Shown here: positions 10,759-20,447 of the stretch, piece by piece
Layout: every line of letters begins with the position of its first letter
How positions within the stretch are numbered: the first letter of the stretch is position 1
Assembly (NCBI GenBank): GCA_964591955.1
Contig: CAZQBT010000003.1
Location: 28,890-92,889, forward strand
DNA: 64,000 nucleotides
Reading direction: 5' to 3'
DNA from: an uncultured Brevinematales bacterium
GTDB taxonomy: Bacteria > Spirochaetota > Brevinematia > Brevinematales > CAZQBT01
Position numbers and translations under genes: made by a program
Notes under the pieces: generated by a model
Database searches by the model: none
Told to the model about the DNA's origin: nothing
Seen by the model: the letters and a program-made list of their open reading frames with translations, nothing else

Positions 10759-11781
10759 CTATATAAAAAGGAAAATCAGGATTAGCAGGAGCAACAAAGC
10801 CATACCGCCGATAATAAAGAAAATCAGGTAAGCATTTTTTTCTTTCTTTTCTTCTTGAACTTCGGTAAGAGGGGTGGAAGCGGGCACGTTGAAAGCGTGT
10901 TGCGGGGATGTTTGTTGCGGAATATTTTTGCGTTTATCCTGAGCCGGATTATACAGCTTGGCTTTGAGGTTATCCTCCGTTATAGACTTTCCGTAGATAC
11001 CGGGTCCTATGTTTACAAAAACGTTGTAATATTTACCGGAAAACGTTATTTTTTCGATGTTAGCGGGAATCGGCACAATTTCGTTTTCGACCGATGCACC
11101 GAGCAGGTCTATAAAATATTGTCCCCGGCTGGTTGTTTCGCTGATTTTTACAAGGATTTTATCTCCCTGCTTTAGTTCGGTAAGAAGCACTCCCGAAATG
11201 GGAGAAAGCACTATGTCAACATCAAGCACCACCGCTGATTCCGCTATATTTAACCCGTCGCTTGAATGTGTTTCGGATGCAGCGCCGGATGATTTTAGTA
11301 AATCCTGGCTGTTTTTTTCCGTTCTTTCTTTTTTAATCTGCTCTATATCGCTTTTGTTGACCGTTTCTATGGCTATTTCGCATTTTACTTGCTTGTCGCC
11401 TGTCGGTCGCATAAGGTATTCTTCAAACACGGCTACCGCTTTGGATACCTGCAATTTTTTTAAAGCCTGCCATATATCCAAACCTCTTCCCGTTCCCGGC
11501 TCAAACAAATCTTCAAGGCTTGCCTGCACATCATGCGTGAGATTATTGGCGTATTCTCCTTTCCATTTCATTTTGGTAATCAATTCTTCCTGCTCACTCC
11601 AGGGTATATTTATATTGTTTTCAAATACCGTGCTGAAATGAGATGCTAAAACATCAAATCTCTCTACATTTTTCGACAGGTTATCCATAAAAGCTATAAA
11701 AAGTCCAAAAGAGCTGCTCGCCGGTGCTTTGAACTTTCCTTTGATGATAGTCAAAGTTGAATCGGTTCTAAATTCTTCCAT
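10759..11781 (-). CDS. Conserved hypothetical protein with C-terminal membrane anchor
   Basis: Long ORF; likely start ATG 11781 after GAGGGG; C-terminal hydrophobic helix; VLSPISG..L..GD.I.V segment resembles spirochaete/Thermotogae hypotheticals (from memory). Confidence 0.65.
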   Translation of the reverse strand: MEEFRTDSTLTIIKGKFKAPASSSFGLFIAFMDNLSKNVERFDVLASHFSTVFENNINIPWSEQEELITKMKWKGEYANNLTHDVQASLEDLFEPGTGRGLDIWQALKKLQVSKAVAVFEEYLMRPTGDKQVKCEIAIETVNKSDIEQIKKERTEKNSQDLLKSSGAASETHSSDGLNIAESAVVLDVDIVLSPISGVLLTELKQGDKILVKISETTSRGQYFIDLLGASVENEIVPIPANIEKITFSGKYYNVFVNIGPGIYGKSITEDNLKAKLYNPAQDKRKNIPQQTSPQHAFNVPASTPLTEVQEEKKEKNAYLIFFIIGGMALLLLLILIFLFI

Positions 11782-12000
11782 AAACCCCTCGCTTTTTATC
11801 ACGTAATCAAAATGTGCTTTACGCAATCTCTAAAAACGCTTTTTACATCATTTTTATTTTACATCTTATTTTTTTTATTTACAAATTTTTGCCGAATTGC
11901 CGATTTAAAATTTTAAAAAGGCTTTTTTTTTACTTTAATCGTTATTTCCTTTATAATCATATACATTTTAAAATATCGGAAACAAATAAGGGTTTCTTGA

Positions 12001-13284
12001 ATGAATATTATTTTATATCTTGCGTCAAAGTATTTAAAATTTAAGGCGAGTGATCGCGGTATTTCCGCAATTGCGGTAATAGCCTTTTTATCCATAGTGG
12101 TAAGTAGCGCCGCTGCTATTGTGATACTTGCCGCAGCTAACGGATTCCATTCCAATCTTCGTGAAAAGCTGATGTATCGGGATGCGCATATCATTATACT
12201 CGGGCCCGGACGCGGTATCGGGAATTACGAGCAATATATTGACAAAATCCTTGAGATAGAGGGGGTTGAAGACGCCGTTCCTTATTTTGACCGTCAGGCT
12301 TTGATTAAAGGAAGGCTTAATACTTGGGGGGCGCTTGTCAAGGCTTATCCCGGAAAATTTTATGAAACCGACAGAGAGTTTTCCGAGCAATTCAGGCTTA
12401 TAGACGGGGAATTTGATTTTTCATCCCCTCATTCCATTATTCTCGGCGAAAACCTTGCTATAAATATCGGCGCAACCGTCGGAAGCTGGGTTCATCTAAC
12501 GGTTTACAGCGAGGAGTTTTTCAGTCTTCAATACCGCTTCCGCGTAAGCGGCATTTTTAGTGCGGGGTTCGCCGAATATGATTCCACTCTCGCTTTTATG
12601 TCTTTTGAGGATGCCCAGAACGTTTTTGATGCTGTGGGGTATGCTTACGGTATCGCCGTTCGCGTAAAAGACCCTATGAATGTCGAAAAATATATGCCTC
12701 TAATCAGCGAGGTTTGTCCTTATCAGAAATGGCATTGGAAATCGTTAAATCGCAACAGCCTTATTGCCCTTGAAAACGAAAAGATGCTTATGCAGATTAT
12801 TCTTGCATTTTTCTTTGTCGTTGTTTCTTTTAATATGCTCAGCACTATGATTGCTATGGTTCTGGATAAAAAAGAGGAGATAGGCATTTTAAAGGCGATG
12901 GGGTTAAAGCCGGGGGATGCTTTGCACGTATTTTTGTTTGACGGATTTTTGATTGGAAATATCGGCAGCGCCCTTGGGACAGTTCTCGGTCTTTTGCTTA
13001 CCAATTCCCTTAATTCCATCCTTCGCGGTATAGAAAACGTTGTGAATTTTATTAATCGTATTTCCTATTATATAGCGAGTCTGTTTGTGGCGGCGCCCCC
13101 CCCTCAACGCTTTGAGTTTTTCAAGCCGAGCGTTTATTATATTACGGAGTTTCCGTTGGAAATCCAATACGGGGATGTGGCATTTGTTATTATGCTTTCC
13201 GTTATAGTCAGCACGCTTGCGGTGATAATTCCCGCAAGAAAAGCATCAAAACTTCGCCCCGTGGAGGTGCTTAGAAATGACTGA
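12001..13284 (+). CDS. Lipoprotein-releasing ABC transporter permease (LolC/E family)
   Basis: N-terminal TM, periplasmic domain, KKEEIGILKAMG, C-terminal PARKASKLRPVEVLR. Confidence 0.88.
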   Translation: MNIILYLASKYLKFKASDRGISAIAVIAFLSIVVSSAAAIVILAAANGFHSNLREKLMYRDAHIIILGPGRGIGNYEQYIDKILEIEGVEDAVPYFDRQALIKGRLNTWGALVKAYPGKFYETDREFSEQFRLIDGEFDFSSPHSIILGENLAINIGATVGSWVHLTVYSEEFFSLQYRFRVSGIFSAGFAEYDSTLAFMSFEDAQNVFDAVGYAYGIAVRVKDPMNVEKYMPLISEVCPYQKWHWKSLNRNSLIALENEKMLMQIILAFFFVVVSFNMLSTMIAMVLDKKEEIGILKAMGLKPGDALHVFLFDGFLIGNIGSALGTVLGLLLTNSLNSILRGIENVVNFINRISYYIASLFVAAPPPQRFEFFKPSVYYITEFPLEIQYGDVAFVIMLSVIVSTLAVIIPARKASKLRPVEVLRND

Positions 13285-13957
13285 TATGTCGAACGTTATT
13301 ATTAAGGGTGAAAATTTAAGTAAAACCTACAAGACCGTTGTCGATGAGGTAAAAGTTTTCGGTAATTTGGATATAGAAATTTATCGGGGTGAGGCTATCG
13401 CGATTATGGGTAAAAGCGGGGGCGGGAAGACTACGCTTCTTAATATCCTGAGCGGACTTGACCGCCCCACCACGGGCAACGTTATGTTTGATAACAAGCG
13501 AATTGATAATATGGATGAAACCTCGTTGTCCGTCTTTCGCAACAGGAACGTCGGTTTTATCTTTCAGCATCATTATTTGCTTGAGGATTTTACCGCGATA
13601 GAGAATTTGCTTATCCCGTTGAGGATAGCCGAGGCGGAGATGGGAACGACGGCGTATAAAAAAGCATTTGCCCTGTTAAAGGCGGTAGGGGTGAACAAAC
13701 GGGCGTTTCATTACCCCGACCAGCTTTCCGGCGGCGAGCGCCAAAGGGTTGCTGTGGGGCGCGCCCTGATTAATAACCCTCAGGTCGTTTTTGCCGATGA
13801 ACCTACGGGCAGTCTTGACAGGAAAAACGCCGCCATCGTGGAAGACCTTCTTTGGGAGCTTAAGGATAAGTTTAACAAAACTTTGGTTATTGCCACCCAT
13901 AGCCTTGAAATTGCCGAAAAATGTGATAAGGTTATTAATATGGATGAGCAAGGGTAA
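13277..13957 (+). CDS. lolD: Lipoprotein-releasing ABC transporter ATP-binding protein
   Basis: GKSGGGKTT, GFIFQHHYLL, LSGGERQRVA, FADEPTGSLD; coupled to the LolC/E permease. Confidence 0.85.
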   Translation: MTDMSNVIIKGENLSKTYKTVVDEVKVFGNLDIEIYRGEAIAIMGKSGGGKTTLLNILSGLDRPTTGNVMFDNKRIDNMDETSLSVFRNRNVGFIFQHHYLLEDFTAIENLLIPLRIAEAEMGTTAYKKAFALLKAVGVNKRAFHYPDQLSGGERQRVAVGRALINNPQVVFADEPTGSLDRKNAAIVEDLLWELKDKFNKTLVIATHSLEIAEKCDKVINMDEQG

Positions 13958-14128
13958 AATTTTGCTAAAACTTACGGTTATTATTTCTTATCCTTGCAAA
14001 ATATATTGAAAAGGGTATGAAACGGCTCACCGATTATCATATCTTAACGAAAATTTGCATAATTATCAAAAATCAATTTATAATTAAAGATTGTCTGTTG
14101 TAATTGCAGATTCTTACCGGAGGTTTTT

Positions 14129-15004
14129 ATGGGAAAGTATGTTTGCTTAAACGGAAAACTGGTTGAACGCGACAATGCGGCTATTTCCGTTTTTGATCAT
14201 GGTGTCTTATATGGTGATGGGGTTTTTGAGGGTATTCGCGCTTATAACGGCAGGGTTTTTAAACTTGATGAGCATATTGACCGTCTTTATAATTCCGCTA
14301 AAATTATTATGCTTGATATTCCCATAAGCAAGGATGAGTTTAAGTCTTTGATTGTCGAGGTGTGCAAGGCAAACGGTATTGTCGATGGATATATTCGTCC
14401 CGTTGTTACGCGAGGTGCGGGGACTTTGGGGCTTGCCCCTTGGCGATGCTCCAATCCTAATTTCTTTATTATCGCGGATAAAATCCAGCTTTACCCTCAC
14501 GAGTTTTACGAAAACGGGTTGCCTATTGCTACCGTTGCAACAAGACGGAATATTCCCGAAGCGCTTAGTCCGATTGTAAAGTCGCTTAATTATCTCAACA
14601 ATATTATGGCTAAAATCGAAGCGCATAACTACGGGGCTGAAGAAGCTATTATGTTGAATCAGGACGGGTTTGTCGCGGAATGCACGGGTGATAATATCTT
14701 TGTTATCCAGCATGAAAAATTGTTTACTCCTCCCGTATCGGCGGGAGCCCTGCCCGGCATTACACGTCAGGTCGTGATTGATTTGGCAAACGAGCTTGGC
14801 TATGAAACATGGGAAAAATTGTTTAGCAGGGCTGAACTTTATATCAGCGCCGAGGTTTTCCTTACAGGCACTGCAGCTGAGGTTGTTCCCGTCGTTAAGG
14901 TTGACGGCAGACCTATCAGCGACGGAACTCCGGGTAAGATAACCCGCGAGCTTATTAAGGCTTTCAAGGAATATGCAAACAGCACGGGGACACCGATTAA
15001 ATAA
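14129..15004 (+). CDS. ilvE: Branched-chain amino acid aminotransferase
   Basis: YGDGVFEGIRAY, KSLNYLNN (PLP lysine), LPGITR, FLTGTAAEV. Confidence 0.93.
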   Translation: MGKYVCLNGKLVERDNAAISVFDHGVLYGDGVFEGIRAYNGRVFKLDEHIDRLYNSAKIIMLDIPISKDEFKSLIVEVCKANGIVDGYIRPVVTRGAGTLGLAPWRCSNPNFFIIADKIQLYPHEFYENGLPIATVATRRNIPEALSPIVKSLNYLNNIMAKIEAHNYGAEEAIMLNQDGFVAECTGDNIFVIQHEKLFTPPVSAGALPGITRQVVIDLANELGYETWEKLFSRAELYISAEVFLTGTAAEVVPVVKVDGRPISDGTPGKITRELIKAFKEYANSTGTPIK

Positions 15005-15879
15005 TGGTTATAAACTCTTATGCCAAAATCAACCTGTTTTTGGAGATCACGGGCAAAGATAATGCCGACGGGTATCATTATATTGATAGTATATTTCAGG
15101 AAATCACCCTGTGCGATACTATCGAAATTAACGATAGTCTCTCCGACAGGGTGGTTTTTATAGATGAGAACGGGCAAACTCTAAGCGATGACGGATTGTC
15201 CCGTTCCACCGTGCATAAGGCGTTGGATTTGTTTAAGACACGGTTTGGTATAACCGATAATTTTGAGGTAATAGTAAATAAGACAATCCCTGTCGGTGCG
15301 GGATTGGGCGGCGGAAGTTCAAACGCCGGGAATTTACTTTGCGCGCTTGCAGAAAAATACGGTATTAACCGAACGGAAATACTGAAAATTGCACCTGAAA
15401 TCGGCAGCGATGTTCCCTTTTTTGCTTTCGGGGGACTTTGCAGGGTTTCGGGGAAGGGCGAGATTATTGCCCCTTTGGATTCCGTTCTTGATGATGTCGA
15501 ATTTATTGTAGTTTATCCCGGTTTTCCTGTCTCAACCCGTGTCGCTTATTCTTTTGTCGAGAATTTCGGTGATGCAAAAGGAATAGAATTTTTTATGAAA
15601 AAAAGTTCTATTAATATTGATTTTCTTGAGGATTTTGTGTATAATAGATTTCAATGTATTGTTATCGAAAGGGATAACAGGTTGTCTGCTATAAAAAGCG
15701 AATTAGATAAAAGATTAAAAGCGAGGTTCTCGTTTATGAGCGGGAGCGGTTCCTCGCTTGTATTTGTTTATAAAGGGGGAAATGAGGCAAAGTCGGATTT
15801 CGATATTTTAAGGAATAGCGATTTTGCCGTCATTTATCCGGGGGCCAGGGTGTTCCATTGCTTCCCGGTTTATAAATGA
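15004..15879 (+). CDS. ispE: 4-diphosphocytidyl-2-C-methyl-D-erythritol kinase
   Basis: AKINLFL, IPVGAGLGGGSSNA (GHMP kinase), IGSDVPFF, MSGSGS. Confidence 0.92.
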   Translation: MVINSYAKINLFLEITGKDNADGYHYIDSIFQEITLCDTIEINDSLSDRVVFIDENGQTLSDDGLSRSTVHKALDLFKTRFGITDNFEVIVNKTIPVGAGLGGGSSNAGNLLCALAEKYGINRTEILKIAPEIGSDVPFFAFGGLCRVSGKGEIIAPLDSVLDDVEFIVVYPGFPVSTRVAYSFVENFGDAKGIEFFMKKSSINIDFLEDFVYNRFQCIVIERDNRLSAIKSELDKRLKARFSFMSGSGSSLVFVYKGGNEAKSDFDILRNSDFAVIYPGARVFHCFPVYK

Positions 15880-15929
15880 CAGACTTTTTTACCTGCAAAT
15901 CAATGCAATTTTGCTAGGAGGATAAGCTA

Positions 15930-16181
15930 ATGGAGATTACCGACATCAGGATTAAGAAGGTTGAGGGTGAAACCAAGCTCAAAGCTTATGCGTCTGTTAC
16001 TTTTGAGGACAGTTTTGTTGTCCACAATATCAAGGTAATTGAAGGCAAAGCCGGACTTTTTATCGCTATGCCTTCACGTAAGACAAAAAGCGGCGAGATG
16101 AAGGATGTTGCTCATCCGATTAATTCCGATTTCAGAGAGAAACTTCAAAGCGCAATTTTAGAAGCATATCAGTCGGAATAA
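15930..16181 (+). CDS. spoVG: SpoVG family nucleic-acid-binding regulator
   Basis: [45 protein letters not shown]. Confidence 0.95.
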   Translation: MEITDIRIKKVEGETKLKAYASVTFEDSFVVHNIKVIEGKAGLFIAMPSRKTKSGEMKDVAHPINSDFREKLQSAILEAYQSE

Positions 16182-16188
16182 AAAAGAT

Positions 16189-16261
16189 TGGGGAGTGGTG
16201 CAATTGGCAGCACATCGGTTTTTGGTACCGAGTGTTGGAGGTTCGAGTCCTTCCTCCCCAG
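16189..16261 (+). tRNA. tRNA-Gln(TTG)
   Basis: Acceptor stem TGGGGAG/CTCCCCA, anticodon arm TCGGT-TTTTGGT-ACCGA (anticodon TTG), T-loop GGTTCGAGTCC; CCA not encoded. Confidence 0.95.
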
Positions 16262-16360
16262 TTTTTATATATTTTTCCCGGTTTTCCGGGACTTTGACGG
16301 GGGGTTCCGCTGTTGATTAATGCGAGTTTGCTCGATTATTTTCTGTAAGGTGGATTGAGA

Positions 16361-17329
16361 ATGCCGGTTTCTACGATGAAGTTGATTTCCGGGAGGGCTA
16401 ATCTTGTCCTCGCTGAAAAAATTGCCGATTATCTCGGCATTGATTTGGGAGACCTGTATATTACGGATTTTGCGGATAGCGAGATTTTCGTTAAAATTAT
16501 CGACAATATCCGCGGGATGGATGTCTTTTTGGTTCAGCCCACGTGCAACCCGGGACACAAAAACCTTATGGAGATGCTTATTATAATTGATGCGTTAAGG
16601 CGGGCATCGGCGGAGCGTATTACCGCCGTTATCCCTTACTACGGTTATGCGCGTCAGGAACGTAAAGCCGAACCGAGGGTCCCGATTACCGCCAAGCTGG
16701 TGGCTAATTTGCTCACCGGCGCAGGCGCTACAAGGGTTCTTACTATGGATTTGCACGCCGCGCAGATACAGGGCTTTTTCGATATCCCCGTTGACCATCT
16801 TTACGCTACCCCGGTTTTCCTGCAAACCGCGCTTAATATGGGGGATATGAAAGACTTTGTCGTGGTTTCTCCCGATGTCGGAGGGGTGGAGCGGTCGAGA
16901 TTTTTTGCCAAGCATCTTGATACCGACCTCGCTATACTCGACAAACGACGGGAGCGTAAAAATCAGGCGGAGGTTATGAACCTTATCGGTAGCGTTGAGG
17001 GGATGAATGTTTTTATGGTGGACGACATGGTTGATACTGCGGGAACTATTACCCAGGCGGCAAGTTTATTGAAAAAACGCGGAGCTGTTTCCATTAATGT
17101 TTTTTCCACGCACGCCGTTTTGTCGGGACCCGCTGCAGAGCGTCTCGGTTCGTCCGAGATTGATAATATATTTTTTACCGACACTATTCCCGTTTCTCAG
17201 GAAAAACAGAAAATTATCGGGGATAAACTTAAAATTTTGAGCGTTGCGGAACTTTTCGGAGAGGCTATACAAAGAATTCATCTTAATTCTTCGGTTAGTT
17301 CGCTGTTTATTTCGCAAACTAAGGTTTAA
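16361..17329 (+). CDS. prs: Ribose-phosphate pyrophosphokinase
   Basis: PYYGYARQERK, DLHAAQIQGFF, VSPDVGG, DDMVDTAGT. Confidence 0.96.
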   Translation: MPVSTMKLISGRANLVLAEKIADYLGIDLGDLYITDFADSEIFVKIIDNIRGMDVFLVQPTCNPGHKNLMEMLIIIDALRRASAERITAVIPYYGYARQERKAEPRVPITAKLVANLLTGAGATRVLTMDLHAAQIQGFFDIPVDHLYATPVFLQTALNMGDMKDFVVVSPDVGGVERSRFFAKHLDTDLAILDKRRERKNQAEVMNLIGSVEGMNVFMVDDMVDTAGTITQAASLLKKRGAVSINVFSTHAVLSGPAAERLGSSEIDNIFFTDTIPVSQEKQKIIGDKLKILSVAELFGEAIQRIHLNSSVSSLFISQTKV

Positions 17330-17354
17330 ATTTTATAGATTACGAGGTGATGAA

Positions 17355-17903
17355 ATGTCCGAAAATAAGGTCTTGAAGGCTGAAACAAGGGAAAATTTGG
17401 GCAAGGAAGGTTGCGCCCAAATACGTGATGAAAAAAGTTTACCGGCTGTGGTTTATGGCCCCGAATTAAAAGATAATATCTATATTAGCGTAAATTACGG
17501 CGATTTTGAAAAAACGTTTCAGGTATGCGGAAAGCACTCCGTTATTGAACTTGAAGTCGGAAAGAACAAGCATAAAGTTATTATCAAGGATTTTAAGTTT
17601 CATCCGCTTAGCCGTCGCTTTATGCACGTTGATTTTTATGCCGTTTCCAAGAAAAAACCCTTTACTACCGAGGTTCCTCTCAATTTTGTCGGAACTCCTG
17701 TCGGTGTGAAAGAGGGTGGAAATATGTTTGTCTTTAAAAGCAAACTTAAAATCCGAACTACGCTTGATGCTATTCCTTCTAAAATTGATGTTGATATTTC
17801 CAAACTTAAGGTTGCTCAGTATCTTATTGTTAGGGATATTCCCAAATCCGAGGCTTATAAGATTCTTACCCACGAAGGGAATGTTCTTGTCGAGATTAAG
17901 TAG
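17355..17903 (+). CDS. rplY: 50S ribosomal protein L25/Ctc
   Basis: ATG 17355 after GAGGTG; LPAVVYG, HVDFY, GTPVGVKEGG; prs-rplY-pth synteny. Confidence 0.92.
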   Translation: MSENKVLKAETRENLGKEGCAQIRDEKSLPAVVYGPELKDNIYISVNYGDFEKTFQVCGKHSVIELEVGKNKHKVIIKDFKFHPLSRRFMHVDFYAVSKKKPFTTEVPLNFVGTPVGVKEGGNMFVFKSKLKIRTTLDAIPSKIDVDISKLKVAQYLIVRDIPKSEAYKILTHEGNVLVEIK

Positions 17904-17921
17904 GAATCTCGGAGGCTCTGT

Positions 17922-18494
17922 TTGAAATTAGTTGTTGGTTTAGGTAATCCGGGTGAAGACTACGAGAGAACGCGGCATAATTTAGGCTTTATGGTGCTTG
18001 ACAGGCTTGCGGCGCGCAACGATATTACTGTCGATACCAAGAAAAAAAAGTCTATGATTGGGCGGTTTAGACTCGGTAAAGAACGCATTATGCTTCTCAA
18101 GCCCCAGACTTTTGTCAATCTTAGCGGTGAGGCTGTCCTTTATATGGCAAGTTTTCTCCGTATTATGCCCGAAAATATTATTGTTGTCTGTGATGACGCG
18201 AATCTTCCGCTTTCCACTATTCGTATCAGGAAATACGGCTCAAGCGGCGGGCATAACGGTATTAAGTCCCTTATTCAATTTCTTAAATTCGATAATTTCC
18301 CGCGTATCCGCGTAGGCGTCGGTATTCCGCCGGAAGGGATGCGTCTTGAGGACTATGTTCTCGGAAGATTTACCCCGGAGGAGCTTAACGAGCTTGACCC
18401 CTCTATGGAAAGAGCTTGCGATGCTATTGAGTTGATTATTCAGGACAGGATTGATGAGGCTATGAACTTGTTTAATCGCAAGGATAACGGATAA
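17922..18494 (+). CDS. pth: Peptidyl-tRNA hydrolase
   Basis: VGLGNPG..Y..TRHNLGF, KPQTFVNLSG, GGHNGIKS. Confidence 0.96.
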   Translation: MKLVVGLGNPGEDYERTRHNLGFMVLDRLAARNDITVDTKKKKSMIGRFRLGKERIMLLKPQTFVNLSGEAVLYMASFLRIMPENIIVVCDDANLPLSTIRIRKYGSSGGHNGIKSLIQFLKFDNFPRIRVGVGIPPEGMRLEDYVLGRFTPEELNELDPSMERACDAIELIIQDRIDEAMNLFNRKDNG

Positions 18495-18514
18495 TTTCCT
18501 GAAGGTATTTCAAA

Positions 18515-19897
18515 GTGCATTATGTGGAATCTCAGTTCTTTGATATAATCCGCAAATATTCTCTTATAAATGATAATGACGGGATTATTGTCGGGTTTTC
18601 CGGCGGCGCGGACTCCTGCGCGCTTCTTTATTTGCTTAATAAATTCCGTAACGACCTTTCAATAAATATCACGGCGCTTCATATTAACCACAACCTTCGG
18701 GGCGAGGAAAGTCTGCGCGACCTCGATTTTGCCCGCAAGTTCGCATCAAATCTATCCGTGGATTTTTTATCCGAATCCATAGACGTTTTAACTTTCGCTG
18801 AAGAAAACAAACTTTCCGTTGAGATGGCGGCTCGCGAACTCCGCTATAAAGCCTTTTATGATACTTTAAAACGGATTTCCGCCGATAAAATCGCCGTTGC
18901 CCATAACCGTAATGACCTTGCCGAAACCGTGCTTCTCCGTCTTTTTACGGGAACGGGGGTTTCCTCCGTTAAGGGTATTCCGGTTTCCCGCGACAGGATT
19001 ATCCGTCCCCTTTTGTATGTTTCCCGCGACGATATAGAACGCTACCTTGCCGACAACGGGATTTCGTTTATAGTCGACTCCTCTAATTTAGAGGATTGTT
19101 GCCAACGTAATATTATCCGCCGTCATATTTCCCCGATTATCGAGGAGAAATTTCCCCGATTCAAAGAGAAAATCGCATCTTTAACAAGGATTGTTGCGAG
19201 CGAGGATGAAGTATGGGACAAGCTTTGCGGGAAGCTTTTGTCTTTTTGTGCAATTTCGCACGGCACGGTGATTATACACAAGAAACTGTTATCTTGCGGT
19301 GTTGAGTATGCGTTAATCGCGAGACTTATCCGCAAACTTATTGCAGATAATATTTGTCCCGATTTCAGGGCAAACATGGATTTTGTCGATTTATTTTTTA
19401 AATTTGCGAAACATAGCGAGGGTAACAAGGTTATTTTTGAAAACAATTATTTCCGCGTTGTATCATCTTACGGGGATTTTGTGATTGAAAAAACAGACCA
19501 AAACTTTCGGAATGTCGAAAAATATGTTAAACTATTGGATAAATCGTTACTGTATTATGAGGGTTATAGGCTTCGGGTTTCTGCGGATGAGACTGATGAA
19601 AAACATATCTGCAAGTTTAACGCCCGTAATACGGATAGCGTAATAATAAGGAAACGCAAAGACGGAGACCGTTTTTCGGTATTTAAAAAAGACCGCAGTA
19701 TTGCGCGGAAGAAAGTTAAGGACTTTTTTATCGACAAAAAATTCAGTCTTTCGCAGAGGGAGCGGGCTTTTATTATAGAGGACGGTAAGGGTAAAATTAT
19801 CGCCGTTTTTGTTCCGCAATTCGGGTTCAGGGTATCCGCAGAGTTTTATACGGATTCTAAGTCCGATACGCGGTATATTTCCGTTTCCGAAATTTAA
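18515..19897 (+). CDS. tilS: tRNA(Ile)-lysidine synthase
   Basis: PP-loop SGGADS, HINHNLRG, ARELRY, AHNRNDLAET, IIRPLL. Confidence 0.94.
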   Translation: MHYVESQFFDIIRKYSLINDNDGIIVGFSGGADSCALLYLLNKFRNDLSINITALHINHNLRGEESLRDLDFARKFASNLSVDFLSESIDVLTFAEENKLSVEMAARELRYKAFYDTLKRISADKIAVAHNRNDLAETVLLRLFTGTGVSSVKGIPVSRDRIIRPLLYVSRDDIERYLADNGISFIVDSSNLEDCCQRNIIRRHISPIIEEKFPRFKEKIASLTRIVASEDEVWDKLCGKLLSFCAISHGTVIIHKKLLSCGVEYALIARLIRKLIADNICPDFRANMDFVDLFFKFAKHSEGNKVIFENNYFRVVSSYGDFVIEKTDQNFRNVEKYVKLLDKSLLYYEGYRLRVSADETDEKHICKFNARNTDSVIIRKRKDGDRFSVFKKDRSIARKKVKDFFIDKKFSLSQRERAFIIEDGKGKIIAVFVPQFGFRVSAEFYTDSKSDTRYISVSEI

Positions 19898-19911
19898 TAA
19901 CGGAGTTTGAT

Positions 19912-20430
19912 ATGGGACACAGGGTATATATTTCCGCCGATAAAATCAAAACTAAGGTCAAGGAACTTGCCGCCGAGCTTGAAAAATTTATCGGTGATGA
20001 TGAAGCGGTTTTGATTGCCAATCTCAAAGGCTCTGTGGTTTTTTTTGCCGACATTATCCGTGAGATTAAAAGCGAGAGGATTATGCTGGATTTCCTTTCT
20101 ACGGAAAGTTATGTCAACAATGAATCCTCAGGCGCGGTTAAAATAACCCGCGACCTCAGTCTTGAGATTTCGGGAAAAAAGGTTGTTCTTATTGAGGATA
20201 TTCTCGATACGGGTTTGACTTTAGACCATATCATTCGTTATATTAGAGATATACACGAGCCTTCCCAAATGAAGGTTTGTGTTTTATTGGATAAACCGCA
20301 AAACCGTAAAATTGAGTTGGAAGCGGATTTTGTGGGATTTACCATAGAAAACGAGTTTGTAATAGGGTATGGGCTTGATAATAATGAATACAGTCGTAAT
20401 CTGCCTTATATTGCAGTGCTCAAGCAATAA
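19912..20430 (+). CDS. hpt: Hypoxanthine phosphoribosyltransferase
   Basis: VLIEDILDTGLTL, FVIGYGLD; tilS-hpt-ftsH synteny. Confidence 0.94.
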   Translation: MGHRVYISADKIKTKVKELAAELEKFIGDDEAVLIANLKGSVVFFADIIREIKSERIMLDFLSTESYVNNESSGAVKITRDLSLEISGKKVVLIEDILDTGLTLDHIIRYIRDIHEPSQMKVCVLLDKPQNRKIELEADFVGFTIENEFVIGYGLDNNEYSRNLPYIAVLKQ

Positions 20431-20447
20431 TAATTTGGGAGCAAAAG

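Noticed and set aside
16189-16360. Integrative element at tRNA-Gln
   Set aside because: No integrase and no duplicated tRNA 3' end seen; core gene prs follows directly.
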